Source of the DNA: Vicugna vicugna
Lineage: Eukaryota
Direction of reading: 5' to 3'
NCBI GenBank assembly: GCA_013265495.1
Contig: MU058824.1
Span: 3,499,111 to 3,563,110 of the forward strand
Length of the DNA stretch: 64,000 nucleotides
Position 1 is the first letter of the stretch. Each line of letters opens with the position of its first letter. Made by a program: the position numbers and the translations under genes. Of this stretch, positions 38,911 through 52,383 are shown piece after piece. The notes below the pieces were generated by a model that worked only from the letters and a program-made list of their open reading frames with translations, ran no database searches and was not told where the DNA came from.

Positions 38911-39229
38911 TAAAATACTTCCTCCTCCACTCCCAAATTAATAGGAATGGTAAACACTGAATTCAACATAATTTGCACAGTAAGAGTAAGAGATTGAGAG
39001 AGGATTAAAAAGTCAATTTGTTGGCTATCTGAAAATATAAATTCTGTTTACCAGTCAAATCACCAAACCCAGGAAGACTTAAAAAAGTGAAAGGTAAAAA
39101 ATGGGAATAAACTTTAAAATTTCTGTTTCTCTCTCAGAACTTCTGATACAATGAGGTATATTAAAGTTTTCATTAATGACATTTTTTCCCCCACTGTAAA
39201 ATGTTTGTATGTGCTCTTTCTCACTCATT

Positions 39230-40060
39230 CACTATTTTGGAAAATTTCCAACATACAGAAGTGAAGAAAATAGTATAAAGAATCCCCATGGATCCAGCTT
39301 CAATGATTATTAAGTCACAGCCAATCTTATTTGATCTATATCCCTAAGCATTTCCCCTGGTCCCCTACTGAATAATTGTTAAGCAAATCCCAGACAGCAT
39401 ATCATTTTATCTGTTAAAATTTCAGTACACTATTTCTAAAAGGTAAGGTCTCTTTAAAACTTAACTGTAATACCAATATTGTATTTTAAAAAAATCCAAT
39501 ACAAATAAATATTTAAATTTCCATATATATAAAAGATCCAAAAAGTGCCTATCATAACAAATTAATACTTCTTTTAGGCTCTCTGAATCTACAGGTTCTC
39601 TCTCCCATATTTCCTCTCTTCATTCCACCTCTCCCCTTTTCTTTGCAATTATTTATTAAAGAAATGAGGTATTTATACTACAGAGTTTCCTACATTCTGG
39701 GTTTTGATGACTGTATGGTATTTCATGGTATCATATTCTTTGTATTTCTTATGAACTGGCAGTTAGAGCTAGAAGCTAGATCACATTTGGATTTTATTTC
39801 ATTTTTTAAAGAAATAATCCTTCTAGGTAATCATTGGTTCTTTTCTGAAGAGGCACATAAAGTCTGGCTGTCTCTTTTCATAAAACTAGAGCCATTGATA
39901 ATTATTTAAATCCATTACTTCATTAGTAATTGCAAAACAGTGGTGTTCAAACTACTTTTTCATTTACTAGCCCTAATACTTCTTTGAAGATGAAAGTCAC
40001 TTCTTTGAAGTAACCAAACATCCTCTCTTGGGTACAGGGAGGAACAGTTCATGTGACTGA
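39230..40060 (-). mobile_element. L1MC4/5-like 3' fragment
   Basis: tattttggaaaatttccaacatacagaa...ccagcttcaatgattatt...agcaaatcccagaca..tatcatttt. Confidence 0.65.
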
Positions 40061-40434
40061 CATTACATATTAAGTGTTTCTTTAAAATTCAAGTCATACA
40101 AGAAGCATCATCCCTGTTTCTTCATAACTAAATAGAAATGAAATCAATGGCTGCTCTCCCCTACTCCCACTCCCCTCCCTTTTTTTTTTTTTTGGTTATT
40201 AGGAACTACTTTCAGTGATGGCTTCTTTAGAAAGGAGGTGGGGAGGAAAAAAACTATTATATTTTGAAGCATGTAAAATTCCCTAGGAAGTCTTTTCAGT
40301 GCTGTAATTTTATGTGTATGTAGAACATCTGAATCCTTTCTAATGAAAAATCAAGAACTTGACCATTCTAATAATATAGAGACATGAAATTCTGGGATAC
40401 CTCAAGTTCCATTCCCAAATCTGTTTTCCTATAC

Positions 40435-40738
40435 CAGCATTGTCCAAAAGAAATATAATGCAAGTCACAAGTGTCAGATAGGTAATTTAAAATTTTCTAG
40501 TAGCCTCATTAAACAAGTAAAAACAAGTTAAATTAATTTTAATATATATTTTATTTAGCCCAATTATCTAAAAGATAATTTCAACATGTACTCAATATAA
40601 AAATCTATCAATGACAAGCTTTAAAATCTTTTTTCACACTGTCTTTAGACTATAATAGATCTTGATTCAGATTAATCACATTCAAAGTACTTAAAGCCAC
40701 ATGTAGCTAGTGGCTACCTTATTACACAAAACAAATAG
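40435..40738. mobile_element. MER33-like hAT-Charlie non-autonomous element
   Basis: cagcattgtccaaaagaaatataatgcaag...aatttaaaattttctagtagcc...gccacatgtagctagtggctacc; imperfect 8-bp flanks tcctatac/gtctatac. Confidence 0.85.
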
Positions 40739-40799
40739 GTCTATACTATCTCTCGATAACTGAAAGTCTAAATGAAACTATCTGTGCTTACGATTCACG

Positions 40800-41395
40800 G
40801 ATAAACCTCTCTTGATCTGATCACTGCTGAAAATCCAACTGCCTAGGTACCTCAGAGTCAACAATGTTCCTAGCCAAACTCATCCTCCTCAAACTGGACC
40901 CTCCTTCAGTGTTTCCTATTTTAGGACATGGGAGGTCCACGTATGTGGTGCACAAATCAGAACCTGAGACTTGTTTATGTTGTCTTCCCCTCCTTCATCT
41001 CCCATATAGAATTCTGTACCACATTCTGTTGATTTAATTTCTAAAATTATATCAAATTCAGTTCTTTCTCTCTACTGTCACCTCACTAACATAAGACAGC
41101 AACATTTCATTCCTACAACTGCTGTAATAGCTACATTAACTGGTCTTTCTGCATCTACCCAAGGCCCTCTGACCAACTTCACATCCTGCAGTTTAGAGAT
41201 CTTTTCAAAACACAAATCTGATCCTGTAACCCCTGCTTCACACACTTTAATAGTTTCCAAATGCTTTAATACTAAAGACCAAAAACCTTAACATGGCCTA
41301 CAATGTCTATAATTTCTGATCTTTACTTACTTTTTCAATCTCATCTCACCTTACAGGCTCTCTCTCACACTCTGCCTTCAAGCCTTCCTTCAGGA
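40800..41395 (+). mobile_element. L2 fragment
   Basis: atccaactgcctagg; agagatcttttcaaaacacaaatctgatc; ccttaacatggcctaca. Confidence 0.75.
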
Positions 41396-41959
41396 TAGAA
41401 AATAAGCCGTCAGAAAACAAACCACCCTTGCACATGTTAGGAGTTTTATTTCATTCCATGTAATAGGAAGGGTAATCTGTCCATATCATACTCAAAGTTT
41501 TCTAATTCTATTATTTGGAATCTACAAATTCTTTTTTATAAGATGGTGAATTTAAGTTGCTCAATGTTAATCATAATTTTGGGAATAAAATTTCTAACAT
41601 ATGTTTTACCTAAGAATTGTTAAACTGTGATTTTGTACTTTTTCTGTCAATCTATAATTAAATTGTATGAAAACATTCTGATTTTCCCTTATTATAATAA
41701 AGGTCTATTCTGACATACCACACCACCATCTCAAAAAAAAAAACTTTTTAAATATGATAATGAAACTTTACAAATTAAGCATTTACATTTGGGAAAGTCA
41801 TTCGTATTTTCTTGGGTGAACTATATAAATGAGACAGGTTAAATCTTTTTAGTTTAAAAAAAGAAATTAAGAATGTTATTTTTACCATATTGCTGTAGAA
41901 AATAATAGTTCCTACTCTTCTCTTCCAAAGCCTGACTTTCAATAAGTCTAGTAAGTGGC

Positions 41960-42440
41960 ATGATGGCAAGATCCTGAGGAAGAGGTAGGATTTCAACAAG
42001 CAGGGATTTGGGAGTGGGTGAGGAAGAGAAAGAGGCACCCCAGAAAGACAGACGAATTTGAAGATGGGTAAAGAGGCAGTGAAATATGGAAGAATCATTT
42101 AGTTTGGCTCATGGGCAAGAGTGCTATGCCATATAGACTCGAAAAACAGACTAGAATCAGATCACTGAGGGGCTTACATTCTAGGCTGAACAGGCAGTGC
42201 TTAATTTCATAGGCAATGGGGAGCCACTGAAGGTCTCTGAAAAAGGGAAAGCCGTGATGGTATTTCTATTGTAGAAAGATCAGTCCAACAGCAATGTGGA
42301 AGAAACTTACGGAAAGAGAGAAAAATAGCAAAGTGACAGATTGTAACAGTCTTAAGATAAGGGTTTCAACCACAGTGGCAACACAGGGAAGGAAAAAGAT
42401 GCAGGGCATTATCTAAGTAGAATCTATAGGATTTGGCCTT
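41960..42440 (-). mobile_element. L2 fragment
   Basis: taggcaatggggagccactgaagg; gtagaatctataggatttgg. Confidence 0.7.
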
Positions 42441-43649
42441 TTTCCAGAGAAACATACACAAAATCTGAATAATACCATTTCAATCAAAACAACTCAAAAT
42501 CAGAAAATGGTAAATAACAACACGCCTAGAAACAACTAGGTTGAATTGAATTGGGAATGGGGGCAATGAGGAACTTTTCTTCACGATCTTTGGCAATGTT
42601 TTTTATTCGTTAATTCTAAGAAGTAAAAGATTTTAGTCCTGTAAGGTAGTCACGTAAGTCAAACTGGACTCTCTACCTACATTTTTTAAACTGAAGGCAT
42701 GAAAAGGGGACAAATATAAGAAGATTCAGTCTCACACAGTAAAAAGAAAAAATGAATCGTGTGTTTTTCGGTCCTGCCTGCCTCTCTCAAGGATATTATC
42801 TAGGGAAAAGATTCATAATTGCTAAATGGATAGATGCAGTTCTTTACCAGGAGGAAGAACATCTGTTTTCTCTCCTGATGGGATACAGGTTTCCTAGGCT
42901 ACCAAATTTATCCTATACACTACAATGCCACACACATACATAAATTCAGAAATACAAACTCAAATGCAGGAATACACAGATCAAAGCTTATTTTGTTACA
43001 AGTTAACTCTCAAACATTAGAAGAGCCTGGTCTTGTACCTCAAACATATGCCCTTTAACATCCCTTTTCACAGGCAATTTCTTCTTTGATGAGAGTTCAA
43101 GTCTAACTATCATGGAAAGTCTAGAGAAAACAGCATACTGAAGGTTCCTAAGCAATAGAAAGTGAGACAAAGATCTAGTTCCTGACTGAAATTTATGGTG
43201 CTAGCTCTGCACTTATGAGAAAGCATTCATATACAAAACCATCACTCAAATGTCTGGTAAGAAAACTGGTAAAAAAAAAGAAAAAATATGAAATGTCTAC
43301 TTTTCTAGTTCTTTGTACTCTGGAGACAAGATTCAATGAAGAGGAAAAAAAAGATTAAATGAAAATAAATTTTAATATTTAAATCCTGTTTTAGTCTACA
43401 TGCAATACACAATAGAAAATGCAGTGGGTTGCATAAAAGTTACACATTTCTCTGCTTTCCACAAAAAAAGACAAGTTAAAAATATTTATTAGTACACAAG
43501 TTTGACACAGAAATGTAATTGGGGGATTATGGGAAGGAAAATTAAATCTTCCATTAAATCTAGTTTAGCAATAATACCTTTTTTCCCTTTGGTAATGCAT
43601 ACACTAAAAAAATTTTTAAGTGCATTTTTATTTTTATAGGTAATACCAT

Positions 43650-43815
43650 TTTACATTTGTGTGCCATTTAACAGTTTACAAAATGCTTTTAATACTCTTT
43701 ATTTAATCTTCACAAGCATCTATTATGGGAATTAGTATTTCTATTTTATAAAGGAGGAAACTGAGCAAGTTTGTCACACAACTAATAAGTGACATACAGG
43801 GGTTCAAAAATCAGG
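43650..43815 (-). mobile_element. MIR
   Basis: atttaatcttcacaa...ctattttataaaggaggaaactgag...gtcacacaactaataagtg. Confidence 0.7.
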
Positions 43816-46351
43816 TACTGAAACATTTGAATTATTTCATCATCAATGACAAGTAGAGATTTTGTAAGTTTTAAGATTTTATATATCAACTAAAGAATCC
43901 TGGGCTCTATTCATGGTCACAAAGTACATGTCAGGTCTTAGGCTATCTATAAATCTTTACTAAGGCAAAACCAGAGTAGTAGGGAGATGAAGCACAAGTG
44001 ATTTGCTCCTGTTGTGAATAATTCCTTCCCGCAATTTCAACTTGATTTTCAAGTTTTCTAAACTTGAAAGCTACTCTTTCAAACACCTGCTTTTTAAAAG
44101 TAATTTTAAAGTATGGATTAGGGTCTTAAAATCTCTCAGATCTGAACTAATTGGCTGGGTTTTCTGCTCTTAATTTAAAAAGGGAATAAATTCTAGCTAA
44201 CTCCTGAAGAAATCTTCAAATACTCAGTTAATCTTTGTACCCACAGTCTTCTCTAAATGTATATTTATAATACACAAGGAAATTGGCCAAGTAAAAAAGA
44301 CTGCATAAAATGATCTGAAAGGTAAAATGGCTAATAAATGAAAAGATTTACAGACTTCCACCTCTAGTCTTTTGATCTTAACCATGGGATTTTTAGGAGG
44401 ATATATGGTATTAGTATACCTTAGTAATTTCCTTAGTAATAAATGAGATATACTGAGTTATTAAAATGTGTCTGAACTTTAGAAATACTGTATGTCACAA
44501 AAAGTTTCACACAAATCTTTAGCAGAAATATTAAGAACAAGCTACAAATTTAACTGGGAAATATAATAAAAACCAGAGTTAAAATTTTTCTTATTTTGAA
44601 AATATGAAATAAAAGAGTAAATCAAGAAGAAAAGGCAAGAATAAACTGCTATTTTTCAAAAAGGAAGTGAAAAGCTAAAATGTACTCTGTTCAGTATTCT
44701 GGTATTATAGTTTTGGTGAGCACGAAAGTTGAAGTTATTCCCATAGGTCCATAAGCTGGAGTGTAAAATAAGTAAGGATGGGCTTATAAGAAATCAGACA
44801 TAAAGAGTCTATAATTAGAAATTAAAAATAGTAGCACTGGTTTTCATTAGAATCATTTGTAAAATCATCTCCAACATGAAGTTATTAGCTGGAATAGGGA
44901 AAATTTGATGCCCAGATTTAAGAAAATGTGTAAGAAATATCTTCCATGGAAAGAACATATTGGTTAATACCTTACTTAAGTAGTTTTGGAAGTCTTTTTT
45001 CCCCAAGGAAGGATGAACATATTAAGGAACATCTTCAAAGTAAATCTTAAGAATTTAGTAAAGAAAGAAACAGCACAGAGTGTGCCCATTAAGTGAAGTA
45101 ACAGGCAAAACTCTCAGATGGGAAGAATGCCCATGAGAACACAGGGGAGAGAGAAGATGGCCCCACTTTTTCTGTCAACAATGTCTTTTTCTAACTACAA
45201 AAGCACTTTACACTGCAGAGTCACAAAATAAGATAATGTTGGTATTAAAGACAAAAAATATTTATTTATTTGGCAAAAAAAGATTTTCCTTAGGACCCAC
45301 TAGGAGTTCTAGATGGCGCAGATGACCAGGAGAGGGCAGCTCACCACTGCAGCTGTGAGTAAAGAAGCGTATTTGCCTTCAAGGGGACACTCTACCTTAC
45401 ACTTTCCATTTTCAAATAATAAAGAAGTAAAGACACCGCTATTAAAAATCCTAAACAACAGATAAAATATAATAGCACAAGTCATTACAACAAGTAGCTA
45501 GTAAGAAAAATATCTGATACGCAAGTTGGAGCCCATAAAATAAGGCTAAAGTTCCTGCCCTTCTCAAATAAACAAAGCTGGCAATTATAGTCATTATGAC
45601 TAATGTATCTTTTTATACTCCAGTGAACTTTTTTGTAAATAACTACTTTCTTACAATTTATTCAAGCTTTCAGGTATCCAAGCTTCTTACCAAAATAAAT
45701 TCATAAAATCACAATGAATGCAATTAAATGTAGTACCTCATACATTAGAAGATTTGGAAAAAAAATCAACTCTTTATGGTAACCTATTTCAAAATCCAAC
45801 ACTTTATCTTGAATTACACATATTTTTGCAATATGTTTTATTTTTTGCAATATGTTCTATTTATAATCTGTGTTGCATGTGTAAATTTGAAGATTTGTAT
45901 TGTTAAAAAAGGATTGAAATAATCAAATCTGTCCGGTTTTCATCAAAAGTATGATAAACAGCTGAAACTTCTCCTATGTTAGGAAACTGTACAGACTGGT
46001 ATAATTTCTTCCATTTGGGCTGAAATGCACTCAAAGAGTGTGTGGGTGAAACAATCTGAGCATCCAGAGCCTAGTTAATTTCTTTATCTTTTAAGAGTCA
46101 TAGCCCCTCATTTACCAAAAAATTCTGGTTCCTATTAACACAATAATTAGAAGAAAAGTAATTAGACTTTAAGTCTCTTAAAATTTATTTTCATCAGTAT
46201 ATTACCTATTGCTTAGATGCTTATCTTAAATAAAATAAGAAGAAAATATTGGAAAAGAACAAAGATAATATTGATTAAATAAATGGTTAACAACTATTTA
46301 AATATGGAATTTCATTTCCTTGGTAAATTTCTTGATTTGAGTTTTAAGGCA

Positions 46352-46399
46352 GTACTTTCAAGCCCTTTTCATGTCGTACTTCCAAGCCCTTTTCAGGTC
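46352..46399. repeat. 24-bp tandem duplication (22/24 identical)
   Basis: gtactttcaagcccttttcatgtc followed by gtacttccaagcccttttcaggtc. Confidence 0.9.
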
Positions 46400-47459
46400 G
46401 TGATGTCCAAAGAAAATGATGTTCATTCAGGACTCTAGGGTAAATGGAGAAGAGTATTTTCATTTAGACCACCATTCAGAGCCTAGAAGCTCTGAATGTC
46501 CCAGGTCCTGCCAGATCACCCTGAGAACCAGGGATCAATATCATGCTTACTTGTAACTTATTCCTGTCACAGCAATGGCTGTGGCACATCAGTTAGGGAG
46601 TTCTTGGCCAAATGTAAGGGGATGGGTGAGAATGAAGTAGTAGCTGCAATCCTAGCTCACTGAAGATGTTATTTTACAGTATAGAAGTCCATTGTGGGAA
46701 GCAAAGAAGCAGTTAAGTGCAAATGGGACCTGTGGGTTGACTTTGACTTCTTCACCTTTCATATACACTCATGGTTTCAACCCCTGTCCATTTTGACAAA
46801 GACAAAAGGCATAAAACGTCCTCTAAAAATACTGTTGCAGTTCTAAAGAAGAAAAAAACAATAAATGAAACTATTGGAGATATTTTTCTTGACTGTCTTC
46901 TTTAAAAATCTCTCTCACACGGGGACAAAATTAAGGGGGAAACCTATGGTATCAGCAATTGCCAAAATTCTATTTACAAGCATTGAGGATCAGTAGGTGA
47001 TATATTAATACATAATTAATCAAGTCACCAAGAGTCAGAACTAAATAATAATCCCTAGTCCCTTCCTTCTAACCAAAAAAGAAAGATCAAAAATTTAAAA
47101 TTCAAGTGGTAACAAAAAGGAAGATAAATAATAAAACACAGCAAACTAAAATAACAGAGTAGGTTGTCTGAATTCCATTGCAAAGACCACCTTCTTGGAA
47201 CCCTGGAATGATTATATAGTTCCAGTGCTGGCTGCTAGGGAGTTCAGTTTCCATAAGGCCCCTAGTGGAACAGCAAGTCTCCACTAACAACTCTTTTAAG
47301 TTTTTAAAATGAACTCAGTCAACACCTGCATGAAAGCAAGCATGTCTCTGCCCCAAATGAGTGGAAAGTTCCCATTAAGGTCAAACAGCTGATCTTAGGG
47401 AAATCCTGACCAACCCAATTTAAAGGCAGTTTGACAGCAAATTCTTTAATAAAACCAGA

Positions 47460-48963
47460 CAGAGACAGTTTACTGGGTGTGCAACTTGACAGTCACATTA
47501 AAGTCTGCTCTCAGAAGGGGGCCTGTGCTTGGTTTAATGCTCTGTTGTTACCATCTTGAAATTCTTAATAATTTTATCTTTGAACTTGTGGTTTGTAAAT
47601 GAAGACCAGTGGGACAATGGAACACCAGCAGAGAAAATACGCCAAGTGTAAGCATATGCACCAAGCAGTTGAACGTAGATACCCCACTGTGCCCAAATGT
47701 GCACACCCATGGAAGTCCAGGGTACTACAAGGCACTCATAGGTCAGCCAGGACTGAGCCCACAATGGCAGTAGCAATGGCGGCAGTGACCCCAGGGAAGG
47801 GCTCTTCATGGGAGCATGCAGTGGCAAGTCAGCTGATTCATCTGTCCCTGAAACCTGTTCTAGTGGCATAGGCACAAATATTAACTCTCCAGTCTGAGTG
47901 CTAGGACAGGACATACCAATGCTCAGGCAGCAAACTTTTTCAGTAAACTATTGCAAAGTAAAAGCATATACATAGACATCAGCATATTAGGGAGTGATTA
48001 TACTTCTTCAAAGAATTTAGAATCTCTGGTTTTGAAAACTTGCAACACTGCAAACAAATATCCACAGGCTATTAGAAAGAGAAATTAAATTTAAAAATTG
48101 CTGCATTTGATAGAAAACACTATTTTCATATGAAGCTTTCGATGAACCAATAATTGAGGAAGACAATTTTAAAATTAGTTTTTCCTTATAAATGAAGATA
48201 CAATGATAGAATGCATAATCAGGCATTTTGAATTATATGCAAGTCATGAAGCTATTTTTGGTTTCTTGTACAGCCTCCACAAGCTGTAAGAAATGGCAGA
48301 GGAAATATTTAAATGCTAATGTATAAATTTACACTTTAAATTCACAAAAGTTGATTCCTATAAATATTTTTAGAAAAACTGTTCTGTAAAAATTATCAGC
48401 TCTAGATGTTTTAAAGTTTATATTTTGAAGTAATTTATCAGAAACATATGCCAATGTTGTCAAGCCTATGTTAATAGCTCTAGTAACAATCACATCAGCA
48501 AAAAGACCCTTCTCAAAATTAAAAATTCTCAAAAATTATTTGCAACCTGGCATTTGCTAAGAGTGACTGACATTACTTTTAATTATACCAGTTAAAAATG
48601 AAGTTGCTAAAAGTGTAAATTCTGATGATCCAAAAAATGAATCTGCAGAAAGGCAAATCAGAAAAACTATGATAGATCAACATATCATGTTGATAAAGTA
48701 TTATTTATATTTTATACTTACATACTATAAAATAACTTTTGGTATTTATATAAAACCATAACCCCCCAATTTTTTTTGTAATTTGTAACTTTTTATTGTT
48801 ACTCTTGCATTGCTATTACATCTATTATGTTTTATAAGAACATATTTTTAAAGGAAAAGCATTAAATATTAGTATGTTCAACTGTACTTTTCTCCTGCTT
48901 TTTGAACAAAGATCTTTCATTTTCATTTTGCATTGAGTCCCACAAATTATGTAACCAATTCCG
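47460..48963 (+). mobile_element. MER45R-like hAT-Tip100 DNA transposon with transposase remnant
   Basis: MER45 left end (ctcagaaggggcctgtgcttggtttaatgctctg..ccatcttgaaattcttaataattt) and right end (cattttcattttgcattgagtcccacaaattatgta). Plus-strand 48474-48630 reads IALVTITSAKRPFSKLKILKNYLQPGIC*E*L, a decayed hAT dimerisation motif. Confidence 0.85.
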
Positions 48964-49384
48964 CCCCTGGGAAGCCAATAGTTCTTCTCGAGTCTTGGCT
49001 GTTGTCTTGCAAAACTCCTCTGCTTCTCAAGAGCCAACCTTGAACAGACATCCATGTCCCCTCTACCTATTTTGTCCTGACTATATATATCTCTTGCCAC
49101 CTTTCTCTAATTTCTGTGCTGTGATTCCCAAGCCTGTAATCCTGCTCTTGAAGGCCCAGATTTTTAAACACCCATTTTACACTTTTCTCCCCAATCCCTC
49201 TAATTTGTTACCCTCATAATAATCTTAAACTAATTTCACTTTATTCCCTAAATTCAATTATTAAGTCTCATTGGATCTCCTTTGACATACTCCTCAAATC
49301 TGTGACTTAACCCCATACTACTTAATGGATTCATCGTATAAAGTCCTCATAACCTTCTACTGGGAAGAGATATCTTAACTTACA

Positions 49385-49590
49385 CATCTTTAACATAATC
49401 TCATCTGATCCTCATAAAACCCCTGCAAAACAGGGACAGCATGTTCTGAGGTAAAAATTATCCTATTTCATAACTGAGGAAGTTGAGGAACAGAGAAATA
49501 TAGCATACTGCTCCGAATCATGATGAAAACAAACTGCTCAGAGCTATAGAGAGGGGGGTCTAACCAGATATCCTCCATTATATTATGATA
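49385..49590 (-). mobile_element. MIR
   Basis: atctcatctgatcctcataaaaccc...attatcctatttcataactgaggaagttgagg. Confidence 0.65.
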
Positions 49591-50591
49591 CCTGGGCTCT
49601 TGAGTTCTCTAATTTTCAATAAAACTTTTGTCAGATCAATTTCTTACCCAAAGCCTTTTATACATACCTACCGCTAGAACACAAATAAAGCTCCTAAGTC
49701 TACAACTTTAGGACCAGCTATCCAATCCCACCAATCTTACTACTCCCATGCTACTCTATTCTTCAGTCTCCCTTGTCTGTTTTGCTAACGCATCAAATTT
49801 CTGCCCATGCCTTAAGGTCAAACTCAATGATACTTCCCTTAGGATACCTTCCTTGATTTTTTTCCTATCAAGGAAGTCTTTTTTCTTTTGAATTTCAACT
49901 GTTTATATAAATGCTCCTACAGCATATGTCATATCCTTATCTTGAATGGAGGTTCCAAAAAGACTCATTCCTATAGCACCACAAGGCTTAGCAATTAATC
50001 AATATCTCATTTAGCCTTCAGGACACAGCTAGTCTTACCATTTGTTCAAGTATTTATTATCTACCATGTGTGGGTACCATACTAAATGCTGTGGAGGCAT
50101 AGATATAAAGCCCAGGAGCCCCAAATAAAGATGCATATATTGCTGCTCCTCCACCAAACCTCACTAAAATGAAACAGCAAAGGAGTTTAAAGAGTCAAAT
50201 GCTCTCCAGATTCCTCTTCCCATTCCATGCAACAGGGTGACTACCTTTTCTCTACTTCAGGAAATGACTAGAAGTTTATTTTTTGGAGATAAGTGAAAAA
50301 GAAGTTCTCTGGATTGGCGCAGGGGTATCAAACTGAAAGAGAGAGATTATGTAAAAATATACATAATGAATTCTGAGATCTCAGCCCCTTTCCCCCACTT
50401 GGTTCCTAGAACACTGTCAACCAGGCCTTTACTCTCCAGGCAGACAATCCTAATAATCTTTTTCTCTTTTTCAAGAACTTTAACTGATCTAGAAGAAAGC
50501 CCTAATGATGTTCACATAAGGGGTTTCCCCCCAAAAATGACTCAGTTAAATTTCGCTAGATGGTTACACTGATAAGTACCCAACTTATCAA

Positions 50592-51157
50592 TGTAAAGGA
50601 GATGGGCTTTCCTTTATAAATAAAAGTAAATTTGCAGGATTTTGTGTGTGTGTGTGTGTTTAAACTGCCCAGAAACTGAACCTCCTTTCTATGCTTGGGA
50701 AAGCCCTCATCCTGAGGCATGGCAGCCTCCCATCAGAGAAGGTGAAGATGTCAGATATTTGTTTTCTTCACTTGCACACTTCCACCATTAAGACAGAGCT
50801 GCCACACTCATTGAATGGAATCTGGCAAGAAGACACAGCAGAGACCTTTTGGAATCCCTGATGATGATGGGGGCCAGCAGTTACATCCACTTCCAGGTTC
50901 CAGCCACAGCATCAGGTATCTAGCTTCGGTGGTGTTGGTCATGTCAGCAGTGCAAGTCACTGCCTAAGAGCCGAGCCACAGCAGTGCCTTCCTGGACCAG
51001 CTCTGCAAGGTGATTCGCATTACTCCTGGAGAAGTAGTCTCCAAGCCTGTTTATCTAACCCTATCAGAAATTCTATGAGAGATCCAACACCCTTTTTCTG
51101 CTTAAATTAGCCAGAATTGGTTTCAATTGCTTACAAACTATGAATTTTGTCTGTATA
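50592..51157 (+). mobile_element. MaLR (MLT1-like) solo LTR with internal (TG)n, apparently inserted in an old L1M 5' fragment
   Basis: TG start; 3' end ccctttttctgcttaaattagccagaattggtttcaattgcttacaaa typical of MLT1; weak 5-bp flanks atcaa/gtcag. Confidence 0.7.
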
Positions 51158-51445
51158 GTCAGCTCTGCCGACAGTTTTCTGCCCAGACCATTTTACCCCC
51201 CATTGCTTGCACTTGGCAAACCCTCTGGTCGTTTCAGTTTTATATTCCTCTTACCCCAAAAATGTTCATGTAATCTGTGAAATATTAAAATATCTGTCAT
51301 TGATTTCAAAATCTCTATACTAAAATTTGCAAACAGCAAGTACTAGTTATAGATTCTGGCTAACTGGCAAGAGATAAAAAAGGTATTTAGGACTTTTTAA
51401 TTTGCATTGCTGTGAGTAGTTGATTAAATAACACTACTATAGATT

Positions 51446-52383
51446 CACAGTTCTCAAATTATTTAGTCTTAGAACCCCTACATACTCTTAAAATTGTTAA
51501 GAACCCTAAAGAGCATTTGTTTATGTGGGTTAATATCTACTATAGTAGATATTAAAACTGAAAAAAATTTTTAAATAGTTCTCAACTTATTTAAAAATAG
51601 TAAGTAAACCCATTACATGTTAATATAAGTAACACTTTTATGAAAACAACTATATTTTCCAAAATAAAAAGAAATGAGAAGAGTGGCACTGTTCTGTGTT
51701 TTGAAATGCTTTTAATGACTGGCTTAATAGAAAATAGTTGGATTCCCATATCTAGTTCGATATACAGTTGGAAAAGGGAAATAAAGACTCCATTTCAACA
51801 GTCTTTTAAGGTAACTGGATATTGTTGTTTAATACTACACCAAACCCAACAGGTGGTAGTTTCTCAAAGATTAGTTACTATGCAAAATCTAAAATTGGTC
51901 TATCTTGCACTTTGAATGAATTTTTCACCCATGTTGATTTCGTAACATCAGGTATTGTTCATGTGGGAAATACTGGTTCACTGAGTTCTATTTTGTGTGC
52001 ACTTTCCATTTTATCATCATAGAATATTAAAAAGACATGTATTGATGCACTGAGATTTAATAAAATTCTTTTTATTGAGCCATCAAGAACATAAGTGAAA
52101 CTAGCTTTTTAAACAAAAACAAAAAACAAAAACAAAAAACTGGGGATGTGTAGAAATGAAGAATATAATGGCATTGTGGTTTACTGCAATTGCCTTGATT
52201 TGTGCTATGGAGCCAAGTAGTTATATTCATCATTGCTTTTGCACCATAAATGCAAATGTCGACAAAGTGAAAAAGGCACATGACTTCATAGTATTATTAT
52301 GAGAATAGATTTGACTCTGAAGACCCTCTGGAAGGCACACAGGGACTCCCAGAGACCCAGAGACCACACTTTGAGAACCACTG
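51446..52383. mobile_element. Charlie1-family hAT transposon (deletion derivative)
   Basis: gttctcaaa..tagtcttagaacccc..actcttaaaattgttaagaaccctaaagagc..ttgtttatgtggg; terminus gaccacactttgagaaccactg. Confidence 0.85.

Noticed and set aside
47534..47914. 126-aa and 90-aa overlapping ORFs
   Set aside because: Lie in the GC-richer internal region of the MER45-type transposon; not transposase-like.
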